A stretch of 24,000 nt of DNA, taken from NCBI GenBank assembly GCA_038087035.1, contig CP051187.1, positions 2,570,443 to 2,594,442 of the forward strand. The letters are read 5' to 3'. Shown piece after piece: positions 8,564-16,699 of this stretch; the stretch's first letter is position 1, and the number at the start of each line of letters is the position of its first letter. Made by a program: the position numbers and the translations under genes. The DNA is from Gloeotrichia echinulata CP02 (GTDB lineage Bacteria; Cyanobacteriota; Cyanobacteriia; Cyanobacteriales; Nostocaceae). The notes beneath the pieces were generated by a model, which had not been told where the DNA came from, searched no databases, and saw only the letters and a program-made list of their open reading frames with translations.

Positions 8564-9061
8564 TTAACCCTCATCAGCAGATAGCAAGACAATTGCATAC
8601 AACTTTTGGCTAACCCGAAAGTCAGCAGTAGCAATTAACTGATCAATCAATGGTTTAATAGCTGGAATTAACCCTTGTTTTTTGGCTTGTAGCAAGACTC
8701 CCAACAGACCCGTTACATTTAGTCCATAACTTGTAGCGACTGCTCGTCCTCGGCGTTCGTCCATTAATAGCAAGTCAGCTTTCAGTTCTTTGGATAAAAT
8801 AATTGCTTCGGCTTCTCCTAAGTCAATATTGTCCTGTTTTTCCTGAATTTCTGTAACTTCTTGAGAATTAACAACAGCTATCGTCTGAATCCAAGATAGC
8901 TGTTGTACTTCTACTGCGCCAGGGACAACTTTATCTACACCGACCATCTCGTTATAAACGGCTTGGGGAATGATAACGCGACTATACAACTGACGCAGTA
9001 AATCTAACTGACCAATCGCTGCCAAGTTTGTGATCGGTGATGTGTCGCTAACTATAATCAC
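8564..9061 (-). CDS. PIN-domain protein of the DUF3368 family, a putative toxin
   Basis: 165 aa with a GTG start. The N-terminus IIVSDTSPITNLAAIGQLDLLRQLYSRVIIPQAVYNEM is typical of DUF3368/COG2405. It overlaps the upstream UPF0175 gene by 4 nt (GTGA). Confidence 0.8.
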   Translation of the reverse strand: MIIVSDTSPITNLAAIGQLDLLRQLYSRVIIPQAVYNEMVGVDKVVPGAVEVQQLSWIQTIAVVNSQEVTEIQEKQDNIDLGEAEAIILSKELKADLLLMDERRGRAVATSYGLNVTGLLGVLLQAKKQGLIPAIKPLIDQLIATADFRVSQKLYAIVLLSADEG

Positions 9062-9303
9062 AACAAGCCCATTGATTGCAGTGTCCGCACATCGGATTGG
9101 AAGTCTTCTACATCATAGTTGATGTGTAAACCGCGTTTAGCCAGTTCATGCTGGAATTCAAGTACTGTGATTCCTGTCCAGGCTCGAACTTTGCCACTGC
9201 TAATTTTACCTTGCTCATAAAGCAAGATGCCAATTTCTAATTTCAGTTCATCCTCAGTCATGTTTGATGCTCGGAGGATGTCATCGGGAATTATGACGCT
9301 CAT
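9058..9303 (-). CDS. UPF0175-family protein, a putative antitoxin
   Basis: The track ORF 9058..9318 starts at TTG. I prefer the ATG at 9303 (MSVIIPDDILRAS...), which has GGAG 9 nt upstream. The stretch LKLEIGILLYEQGKISSGKVRAWTGITVLEFQHELAKRG fits the UPF0175 HTH-like pattern. Confidence 0.75.
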   Translation of the reverse strand: MSVIIPDDILRASNMTEDELKLEIGILLYEQGKISSGKVRAWTGITVLEFQHELAKRGLHINYDVEDFQSDVRTLQSMGLL

Positions 9304-9399
9304 ACGAGAAAACTCCAATTCATAGTTTATTCTAATTCTTTTCTCCTAGTACCGTGACTAGAAGGACGGGGTTTTAAACCCAAATTTTCGATAATCCTG

Positions 9400-9437
9400 A
9401 TTTTACCTTGCCACTTTACAAAAGTTATCCAAAATCC
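9400..9437 (+). repeat. 38-bp direct repeat, copy 2, 90 bp upstream of cas3'
   Basis: attttaccttgccactttacaaaagttatccaaaatcc. Confidence 0.9.
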
Positions 9438-9526
9438 CCGACAAAAAAATGATTGATATCAAATTTTGACTACAACATTTCCGAAACTTGTATTAGGCTA
9501 GGTGTCATAGAAATACAGATAACCGC

Positions 9527-11662
9527 ATGAAGCTTTTTTTACAGCCTCTTTTCTCTCAGATGAACCCAGGCGTCGAGAATTGTCCTTTGGGGTGTAAGTC
9601 TGAATGTATTGTCACTCAAAAGGCTCCTGACCTGCAAGCACCACCTGGATGTGCTTGTCCTCTATCATCGCACCAAGCCCAGACCTATGGTGAAATTATA
9701 CATGGGGATGCAGATATTATTTGCAATCAAGCCGCAACTGGTGACGGTAAGACCCTAGGTGCAAATTTACCAGCATTGATTAATCCTGAGTTTCGGATTA
9801 TGGGGTTATATCCCACAATCGAACTGGTGGAAGACCAAGCGGAACAGCAAAACAAATATCATACGCTGTTTGGATTGGATGCTGCTCAACGGGTAGACCG
9901 TTTATTTGGTGCGGAATTAAGCAGAAGAGTGAAGCAAGCAAATAAGAGTAATAAATTTCAAGAATTACTGCTAGCGATTCAACAAAAGCCGATTTTGCTG
10001 ACCAACCCTGATATTTTCCATTATATTACTCACTATCAATATCGCGACCCTGCTTATGGTAGCGATCAACTACCGTTAGTATTAGCAGAATGGCCTGATT
10101 TGTGGGTCCTTGATGAATTTCATATTTTTGGTAGTCATCAAGAAACTGCAGCTTTAAATAGTTTAGCTTTTATTCGTCGTAGCCAAGAAAATCAAACTCG
10201 TCCCCGGCGGTTTTTATTTACTTCCGCAACGCCAAAACCCGATTTTATCGAACAATTACGCAAAGCAAACTTTAAAGTTGCTGCGGTTGAGGGTGTTTAT
10301 ACAAATGAAGAAACTCCGGGTTTTCGCCAAATTCTGCAAGCTGTGGAATTAGAGTTTGTGGAATTAGCCAAAGATGCAGACACCCTGACATGGTTAAAAC
10401 AAAACATTTCTACCATTGAGCAAATTTTAAATAAAGAGTCAAAAGCCAGAGGATTAATTATTGTTAATTCGGTAGCGAAAGCTGGTCAAGTGACTCGGTT
10501 ACTAGATAAGTTATTACCAGGGGTAAAAGTTAGAGAAATTAGCGGACGCATCGACAGACAACAAAGATTGCAAGTTCAAAGCGACTTGAAAGATGCTAAA
10601 CAGCCAGTGTTAGTTGTGGGTACTTCTGCAGTTGATGTTGGTGTAGACTTTAAAATTCATCTGTTAATCTTTGAAAGCAGCGACTCCGCAACAGTAACCC
10701 AGCGTTTGGGAAGATTGGGGAGACATCCGGGCTTTAATACCTACACAGCATTTATTTTGATTCCTGGTCATACACCTTGGGTGATGGCTAGACTACAAGA
10801 AAAAATTGGTTTTCAAGAAACAGTAACACGGGATATTTTAGCGTTGGCGATCGCCTGTGCTTTTGATCCACCCAAAGAATTTGAAAACTATCGCCAGCGT
10901 TGGGGTGCATTACAAGCACAGGGAATGTTTTGGCGGATGACCCAAGAGAACAGAAAAGTTAGTGAAATCGTGCGCCAAAGCATGACAGAAGATTTGCAGC
11001 GCTTATATTCCCAAGATTTTAAGTCAGCACATAAACAGTGGTTTGCAATGCAAAATAATCCCGTTGGTAAAGCCACTCAAAAAGAACTATTAAGCTTCCG
11101 AGGTGGTTCAACATTACAAGCTGCAGTTTGGGATAGCAATAATTTTTATGCTTACGACTTACTCCGATTATTACCCTATGCGCGAGTAGAAATCATTGAC
11201 AGCGAGACATTTTTAAATGCAGCTAATAACTCAGGACGAGGCGAAGAAGAATTTCCCGATGATTTTATTCAAGTTTATCTTCGTATCCAAGAATGGACTG
11301 ATAACAGAATTGATAACCTTAGTTTCCATACCAATCGCCTGAGTAGCGAATTAGCAATTGGCGAACTGTGTTTAATCGATAAATTAAGCTTAATTGGACA
11401 TCCTCAATCTGATGTCATTAAATGTTTACAACAAAAACAACTACTAACCTTTCTAGTACCAGTCAACAAAAACAAACAAAATAGCCATTGGGAAGTAAGT
11501 CGCACCCTAAATCTTAGTCCATTATTTGGTTTATATCGCCTAGTTGATGCTAGCGAACAAACTTACGCCTGTGCATTTAATCAAGATGCACTACTTCTCG
11601 AATCTTTAAAATGGCGCTTAAAAAAATTCACCAACACCCGCTTTCAATCCTCCATATTTTAA
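9527..11662 (+). CDS. cas3: Type I-D-like CRISPR-associated helicase Cas3' (helicase only, no HD domain seen)
   Basis: 711 aa. The SF2 motifs are AATGDGKT (I), VLDEFHIF (II), FTSATP (III), VGTSAVDVGVDF (V) and QRLGRLGR (VI). The N-terminus is Cys-rich (CPLGCKSEC...PPGCACPLSSHQ). The gene sits between two arrays with a I-D-style repeat. Confidence 0.85.
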   Translation: MKLFLQPLFSQMNPGVENCPLGCKSECIVTQKAPDLQAPPGCACPLSSHQAQTYGEIIHGDADIICNQAATGDGKTLGANLPALINPEFRIMGLYPTIELVEDQAEQQNKYHTLFGLDAAQRVDRLFGAELSRRVKQANKSNKFQELLLAIQQKPILLTNPDIFHYITHYQYRDPAYGSDQLPLVLAEWPDLWVLDEFHIFGSHQETAALNSLAFIRRSQENQTRPRRFLFTSATPKPDFIEQLRKANFKVAAVEGVYTNEETPGFRQILQAVELEFVELAKDADTLTWLKQNISTIEQILNKESKARGLIIVNSVAKAGQVTRLLDKLLPGVKVREISGRIDRQQRLQVQSDLKDAKQPVLVVGTSAVDVGVDFKIHLLIFESSDSATVTQRLGRLGRHPGFNTYTAFILIPGHTPWVMARLQEKIGFQETVTRDILALAIACAFDPPKEFENYRQRWGALQAQGMFWRMTQENRKVSEIVRQSMTEDLQRLYSQDFKSAHKQWFAMQNNPVGKATQKELLSFRGGSTLQAAVWDSNNFYAYDLLRLLPYARVEIIDSETFLNAANNSGRGEEEFPDDFIQVYLRIQEWTDNRIDNLSFHTNRLSSELAIGELCLIDKLSLIGHPQSDVIKCLQQKQLLTFLVPVNKNKQNSHWEVSRTLNLSPLFGLYRLVDASEQTYACAFNQDALLLESLKWRLKKFTNTRFQSSIF

Positions 11663-11709
11663 CCCAAACTCAGCGTACCTCCGCGTTAAAAATCGCTCCT
11701 CATCTTATT

Positions 11710-11759
11710 ATGTCTACCCTCCTCCAAACCCTCCTCATCGAAACCATCTCAAAAGATAC
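11710..11759 (+). pseudogene. Possible 5' stub (16 codons) of the next cas gene, with cas10d expected by I-D gene order. It is cut by the ISL3 left end
   Basis: ATG at 11710, 48 bp after the cas3' stop, reads MSTLLQTLLIETISKD and then runs straight into the IS inverted repeat at 11760. Identity is inferred from position only. Confidence 0.3.
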
Positions 11760-13056
11760 GGTTCTTGGGTACTTAGCGTGCTAAAATGTTAAGATATTTT
11801 TTAATAATGTTTAATAAAATAAATTATGAAACGAATAATGACTCAACTCCTAAATTTGCCTGAAGTATTAGTAGAATCAAGCCTACAAGAGGGTCAAGTC
11901 CTAATTCTATCAGTAGGTAAAAAAGCGAAAAGTGCATCGTGCCCACACTGTGGTCAAAACTCAAGACATTTACATCAAAATCAAAAATGTTTAGTGAAAG
12001 ATTTACCGATGGGGGATTTTGAAGTAATACTGAATGTCAATAGACGAAGATTCAAGTGTAAAAAATGCCGAAAAACATTTAATGAAAAGCTAGATTTTCT
12101 AGGAGCAAGAAAGAGGTATACATACCGATATGCGGAATATATTATCAAACAAGTGATTAATAGTAATGTAAGTAATGTGGCAAGAAATAATGGACTAACT
12201 AATGAATAAGTCATATCAATGCTTGAAGATGTAGCTAAAAATGTGATGCCAATAGATGTCAAAGATTTAAGAAGATTAGGAATAGATGAAATTAGTTTGG
12301 TCAAAGGACAAGGAAAATTTATTGTCGTGCTAGTAGATATAGATTCAGGTAAATTGATAGGTTTAGTAAAAGAAAGAAAACAAATTGAAATCAAAAAAAC
12401 CATGAGAATGTGGGGAGAAAAAGTTTTGTCACAAATAGAAGAAGTAAGTATTGATATGACAGGCAATTATAAATCTTTAATTGAGAAGATTTGTCCAAAC
12501 GCCCTTGTAACGGTAGATAGGTTCCATGTTACTAAATTAGTACATGAAGAATTAAATCGAGCTAGGATAGCAGAAAAGAAAATAGCATCTGAGTTAAATG
12601 CCCCGGAAAGAAAAAAAGTATTTGAAAGTTTAAAAGGAAATAAATTTACAATTCTAAAAGCCGAGAATAAGCTCACCGAAAAGCAAAAAGATAAATTAAA
12701 TAGAATTAAACAAGCTTCTCCTTTAATAGCTAGAATGCATTCATTAAAAGAAGATTTTCACAATTTATTTGAAGACAATAAAAATGTGGTAACGGGAACG
12801 CTAGAATTAATCAATTGGTTAAAAAAAGCTGAACCATATTATCAAAGAAGTGTGCAGACAATTAAACGGTGGTTTGGAGAAATAGTCGGATATTTTGAAC
12901 GAAGGACTACCAGTGGAGTAGTAGAAGGAATAAATAATAAACTGAAGTTAATAAAGCGAAGTGGATTTGGATTTAGAAACTTTCGTAATTTTGAGATTAG
13001 AGCTTTACTTTCTTGGCATTATCCTATCAATTTAGCACGCTAAGTACGCAAGAGCC
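11760..13056 (+). mobile_element. ISL3-family insertion sequence (1297 bp)
   Basis: The left terminal inverted repeat is GGTTCTTGGGTACTTAGCGTGCTAAA. The reverse complement of the right end is GGCTCTTGCGTACTTAGCGTGCTAAA. It encloses an ISL3-type transposase. The flanking 8-mers differ (aaagatac vs gtttttgc), so there is no target-site duplication. Confidence 0.9.
11826..13043 (+). pseudogene. ISL3 transposase interrupted by a single in-frame TAA at 12207-12209
   Basis: Track ORFs 11826..12209 (zinc-finger CPHCG...CKKC plus HTH) and 12219..13043 (DDE part: RFHVTKL..., VEGINNKLKLIKRSGFGFRNFRNFEIR) are in the same frame. Only one stop codon separates them. Confidence 0.8.
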
Positions 13057-13057
13057 G

Positions 13058-13294
13058 TTTTTGCAAGCATGGGAACGCAAAATGACCGATGAGTTTAAGC
13101 ATCCCACCTTTGGCTATCGTTGCAGCTATCGTCGTGCCATTGAATTGCAAGCACGTTTATTAAGTCGTCATTTACAAGAAGACGTTCCCTATAAACCGTT
13201 ACATAAATCCTACTCAAACCTAGTCAACACCTATCAAAGCTATTCAACTGAGTTTGAGTTTCGTTTATTTCCTGCTACCCTTCGGGAACGCTAA
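13058..13294 (+). pseudogene. cas1: cas1 3'-terminal remnant. The Cas1-like part runs to about 13215 and the rest of the ORF reads into the TnpB element end
   Basis: FLQAWERKMTDEFKHPTFGYRCSYRRAIELQARLLSRHLQEDVPYKPL matches my memory of Cas1 C-termini (...HP..G..vSYRRaIelQ......L.g..pY.P). The first 15 codons of track ORF 13013..13294 are IS right-end sequence. Confidence 0.55.
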
Positions 13295-13346
13295 GAGCGA
13301 ACATTCTGGCAACGTCGGCGTTAACCAGTCCACAGGCTAAAACTGT

Positions 13347-14432
13347 CTAACTGACAGCTTGACTCAAATTGATTGCTGCGTTTAAATCTCGGTCAATTGT
13401 GAAACCGCAGTTACCACACTCAAACACTCTTTCTGATAGCGAGAGCGTTTCTTTTTTGGTTCCGCAGTTAGAGCAGGTTTTGGAACTAGGAAACCATCTA
13501 TCAACTACAACCAAATTAGAACCATACAGTTTGCACTTGTATGTTAATTGACGGCGAAACTCGAAGAATCCCATATCAGTAATTGCCTTAGCTAGTTTGT
13601 GGTTAGCCAACATTCCAGACACATTAAGGTCTTCAATCACTACTGTGCCGTGGTTCTTGGCTAGTAGTGTCGTGAGCTTGTGTAATGTATCTTTTCGGAT
13701 GTTGGCTATCTTTCTATGCAGTCTAGCAATCTTTATCTGTGCTTTTTTCCAGTTAGCTGAACCGATGACTTTATGACGATTCAACCATTGCATTCTTGAC
13801 AGCTTGGCTTCATATTTCTTGTAGGATTTGGCTCCTAAAAAAACTTCACCAGTCGAGAGTATAGCCAGTGCCTTAACACCAAGGTCAACGCCGACAATAC
13901 TCTTGTTGCCTAAATCCTGTTGTTCTACATCAAATCTGAAACTGATAAACCATCTGTCGGCTTGACGAGATATTGTACAAGATTTAGTTAATACTTGTGG
14001 TAATCGTTCATAAGTTTTGAGAACACCAATAATAGGTACTTGAATCTTGTTATTGTCTAAAATTTTGACTGTGCCTTCTAATGTGAAAGAATCACGTTTA
14101 CCTTTCTTTTTAAACTTGGGTACTCCAGCCTGATGGTCAAAACAGCGTTTCCAGGATTCTCGCAAAGCCATCAATGCTTGCTGTGGAGTAGATTTTGAGC
14201 ATTCGTAGTACCATTCGTTTTCAGATTTCACCAATGCCACTAACCATTTGTGCAAGTCAATAGCAGTAGGAAATTTAATCTTAGAACCGGGATTTTCTTT
14301 GTTGTGGTCAAGAATTTGCTTTGTTAAAGCAAGTCCCCAATTCCAAGCATGACGAGCTACTCCACAATGTTTAGCGAATGCTATGCGTTGCTGATTATTC
14401 AGTTTCAATTCAGTTTTGAATCCGAGTAGCAC
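13347..14432 (-). CDS. tnpB: TnpB (OrfB_IS605) RNA-guided endonuclease
   Basis: 361 aa with a GTG start. The split RuvC motifs are GVDLGVK, VIEDLNV and DRDLNAAINL. The zinc finger is CSNCG...CGNCG. The N-terminal FKTELKLNNQQ...CGVARHAWNWGL matches the family. Confidence 0.9.
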   Translation of the reverse strand: MLLGFKTELKLNNQQRIAFAKHCGVARHAWNWGLALTKQILDHNKENPGSKIKFPTAIDLHKWLVALVKSENEWYYECSKSTPQQALMALRESWKRCFDHQAGVPKFKKKGKRDSFTLEGTVKILDNNKIQVPIIGVLKTYERLPQVLTKSCTISRQADRWFISFRFDVEQQDLGNKSIVGVDLGVKALAILSTGEVFLGAKSYKKYEAKLSRMQWLNRHKVIGSANWKKAQIKIARLHRKIANIRKDTLHKLTTLLAKNHGTVVIEDLNVSGMLANHKLAKAITDMGFFEFRRQLTYKCKLYGSNLVVVDRWFPSSKTCSNCGTKKETLSLSERVFECGNCGFTIDRDLNAAINLSQAVS

Positions 14433-14560
14433 GGTAACTCCTTAATCCATTCTCTAAATGCTTGTGACATATTCCAACCTTGCTTATCTGCGTAAGCTTG
14501 AAGTTTATTTATTTCTTCTTGACTGAGTAAAGCTTTAAACCATTTATCGCGTTTAGGCAT
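14405..14560 (-). CDS. Small ribbon-helix-helix-like ORF (51 aa) overlapping the tnpB start
   Basis: Hand-translated as MPKRDKWFKALLSQEEINKLQAYADKQGWNMSQAFREWIKELPCYSDSKLN. It has a strand-helix-helix pattern. It falls below the track's length cutoff and overlaps tnpB by 28 nt. Confidence 0.35.
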   Translation of the reverse strand: MPKRDKWFKALLSQEEINKLQAYADKQGWNMSQAFREWIKELPCYSDSKLN

Positions 14561-14724
14561 AACTTTTTTGACTCTATGGGTCTATCTTACCCAAGAAATA
14601 CCCATATATCAAGTAGTATTAACCGTACTAAAGCCGTACAAATATTAAAAAGCTCCCCAAAATTGAGTAGTTATGAAGAGAGGTGATAAGGAATTAAGTT
14701 ACAGTTTCTAGCCCTGACACTGCG

Positions 14725-15018
14725 ATGAGTACGTTATTTTACCTGATCATTTATGATTTACCGGATAGCAAGGCGGCGAATAAGCGGCGGACAAAACTCC
14801 ATAAAATGCTCTCTGGTTATGGAACTTGGACACAGTACAGTGTGTTTGAATGTTTTTTGAGTGCTGTCCAGTTCGCTAAATTGAAGGTGCAAGTTGAAAC
14901 CTTGATTAAACCAGCTGAAGATTCAGTCAGGATCTATGTTTTGGATGCTGGCTCGGTACGCAAAACCATTACTTATGGTTCCGAACAACCTCGACAGCAA
15001 GAGACAATCATATTATGA
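14725..15018 (+). CDS. cas2: CRISPR-associated endoribonuclease Cas2
   Basis: 97 aa. MSTLFYLIIYDLPDSKAANKRRTKLHKMLSGYGTWTQYSVFECFL is a canonical Cas2 ferredoxin-fold N-terminus. The leader and array follow immediately. Confidence 0.9.
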   Translation: MSTLFYLIIYDLPDSKAANKRRTKLHKMLSGYGTWTQYSVFECFLSAVQFAKLKVQVETLIKPAEDSVRIYVLDAGSVRKTITYGSEQPRQQETIIL

Positions 15019-15233
15019 TGGTAATATGATCCAAGTCCAATTTTTGGCAGGGCAAAGCACGGGCGAAAACCCATAACCTCCCGCCAAATCCCCAGAACCT
15101 TGACAATTCCATACTTTCAGCGTTTTCATATCCAATGTAGAGTCTACTACTGAATGCCGGAAACGGACTTTTAAAGTAGTCCTGCCAAAATTGCCGGTAG
15201 GAATGGCTCTATGATTAGGTTCTGGCTGGCGGA
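15019..15233 (+). promoter_or_regulatory. CRISPR leader of array 2
   Basis: The conserved 82-nt core at 15037-15118 (TTGACA at 15100-15105), the block at 15170-15196 and ttctggctggcgga at 15220-15233 are all shared with the array-1 leader at the same spacing from the first repeat (about 115 nt). Confidence 0.75.
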
Positions 15234-16682
15234 CTTTCAAATTAATGAAACCCGTTCGCGGGATTGAAACTTGCCATAGGGGGACTATCCAGAATCCCAA
15301 GAACTTTCAAATTAATGAAACCCGTTCGCGGGATTGAAACTATTCCTAACTACTACACAGGGAATAAAATTTAAGCTATCTTTCAAATTAATGAAACCCG
15401 TTCGCGGGATTGAAACGACAAGCTAAAGGCTCTTGGCATTTCACCCCTAAACTTTCAAATTAATGAAACCCGTTCGCGGGATTGAAACCCCGCAGCAAAA
15501 GTAGGAGGAACATCAAGAACAAGACCTTTCAAATTAATGAAACCCGTTCGCGGGATTGAAACATTTCTCCAGCACGCCTACCGTTAGCGTTAGGGGCCAA
15601 CTTTCAAATTAATGAAACCCGTTCGCGGGATTGAAACACTTCGCGCACTTGGGCACGAAAATAGATATCTTTGCTTTCAAATTAATGAAACCCGTTCGCG
15701 GGATTGAAACAAACTGATGAAACCTACTTGCACTAACTGCAAACTTTCAAATTAATGAAACCCGTTCGCGGGATTGAAACAATTGAGGGATAGCACAAAC
15801 CTGCCTATCCTTACCCCAACTTTCAAATTAATGAAACCCGTTCGCGGGATTGAAACCGCTGTTCTGTCACCGCTAGCCGAATCTAACGCGGCTCTTTCAA
15901 ATTAATGAAACCCGTTCGCGGGATTGAAACATTGCATCCCACCGCTCTTTGGTGGGGATGGGTACTTTTTTACTTTCAAATTAATGAAACCCGTTCGCGG
16001 GATTGAAACATGGCAAGGATTCTGCTAATGTTGTTTTAATCGGTCAGCTTTCAAATTAATGAAACCCGTTCGCGGGATTGAAACATCCAGGTTTGCATCT
16101 CAGTTCCCGTACCACCAGCAACTTTCAAATTAATGAAACCCGTTCGCGGGATTGAAACTGCTAAAATCAGTGCTGGAATCTTAACCAAAAAAAACTTTCA
16201 AATTAATGAAACCCGTTCGCGGGATTGAAACAGGACACTATCGCAACTCTTCTCTCTAGACGACTGGCTTTCAAATTAATGAAACCCGTTCGCGGGATTG
16301 AAACAACTAGCTGACAAGGGTCACTTGGTGGTGTGGTTGGTGGTGTCTTTCAAATTAATGAAACCCGTTCGCGGGATTGAAACCCAGGAACATGAATAGG
16401 AACCTCACAATTTCCCAAACTTTCAAATTAATGAAACCCGTTCGCGGGATTGAAACTATTTCCCATCATTACCAACCCAAGGCTTAATCCGCCTAACTTT
16501 CAAATTAATGAAACCCGTTCGCGGGATTGAAACCTAGCACGAAGTACCCCGAATCCGCATCCGTTCACTTTCAAATTAATGAAACCCGTTCGCGGGATTG
16601 AAACGAGCCGGGGAAAGAGCCAAAGGGGCGGATGATGGGCTTTCGCTTTCAAATGGGGATGTAGAAACCCCATCTTCAACGA
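15234..16682 (+). CRISPR. CRISPR array 2: 20 repeats (19 perfect plus 1 degenerate terminal repeat) and 19 spacers of 33-42 nt
   Basis: The repeat is CTTTCAAATTAATGAAACCCGTTCGCGGGATTGAAAC. Repeats start at 15234, 15304, 15380, 15452, 15526, 15601, 15674, 15744, 15820, 15894, 15973, 16048, 16122, 16195, 16268, 16347, 16420, 16497 and 16568. The degenerate copy is at 16646-16682. The repeat has an internal CCCG-TTCG-CGGG hairpin and an ATTGAAAC 3' tag typical of Cas6-processed class 1 repeats. Confidence 0.97.
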
Positions 16683-16699
16683 AGTAAGATGGGGTAGTT

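Larger units (their letters stand above)
13215..14715 (-). mobile_element. IS200/IS605-family element of the TnpB-only (IS1341-like) type. Boundaries are approximate
   Basis: It contains tnpB plus a small upstream ORF and occupies the gap between the cas1 remnant and the cas2 start, which are normally adjacent. I could not determine the ends precisely by eye. Confidence 0.45.

Noticed and set aside
11981-12676. Minus-strand ORFs (161 aa and 69 aa) inside the ISL3 element
   Set aside because: They are antisense to the transposase reading frame in AT-rich sequence. They yield Ile/Leu/Ser/Phe-rich, low-information peptides.
13013-13294. A 93-aa ORF presented as a single gene
   Set aside because: It is a chimera. 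The first 15 codons are the ISL3 right end, the middle is a cas1 C-terminal remnant, and the tail reads into the TnpB element end.
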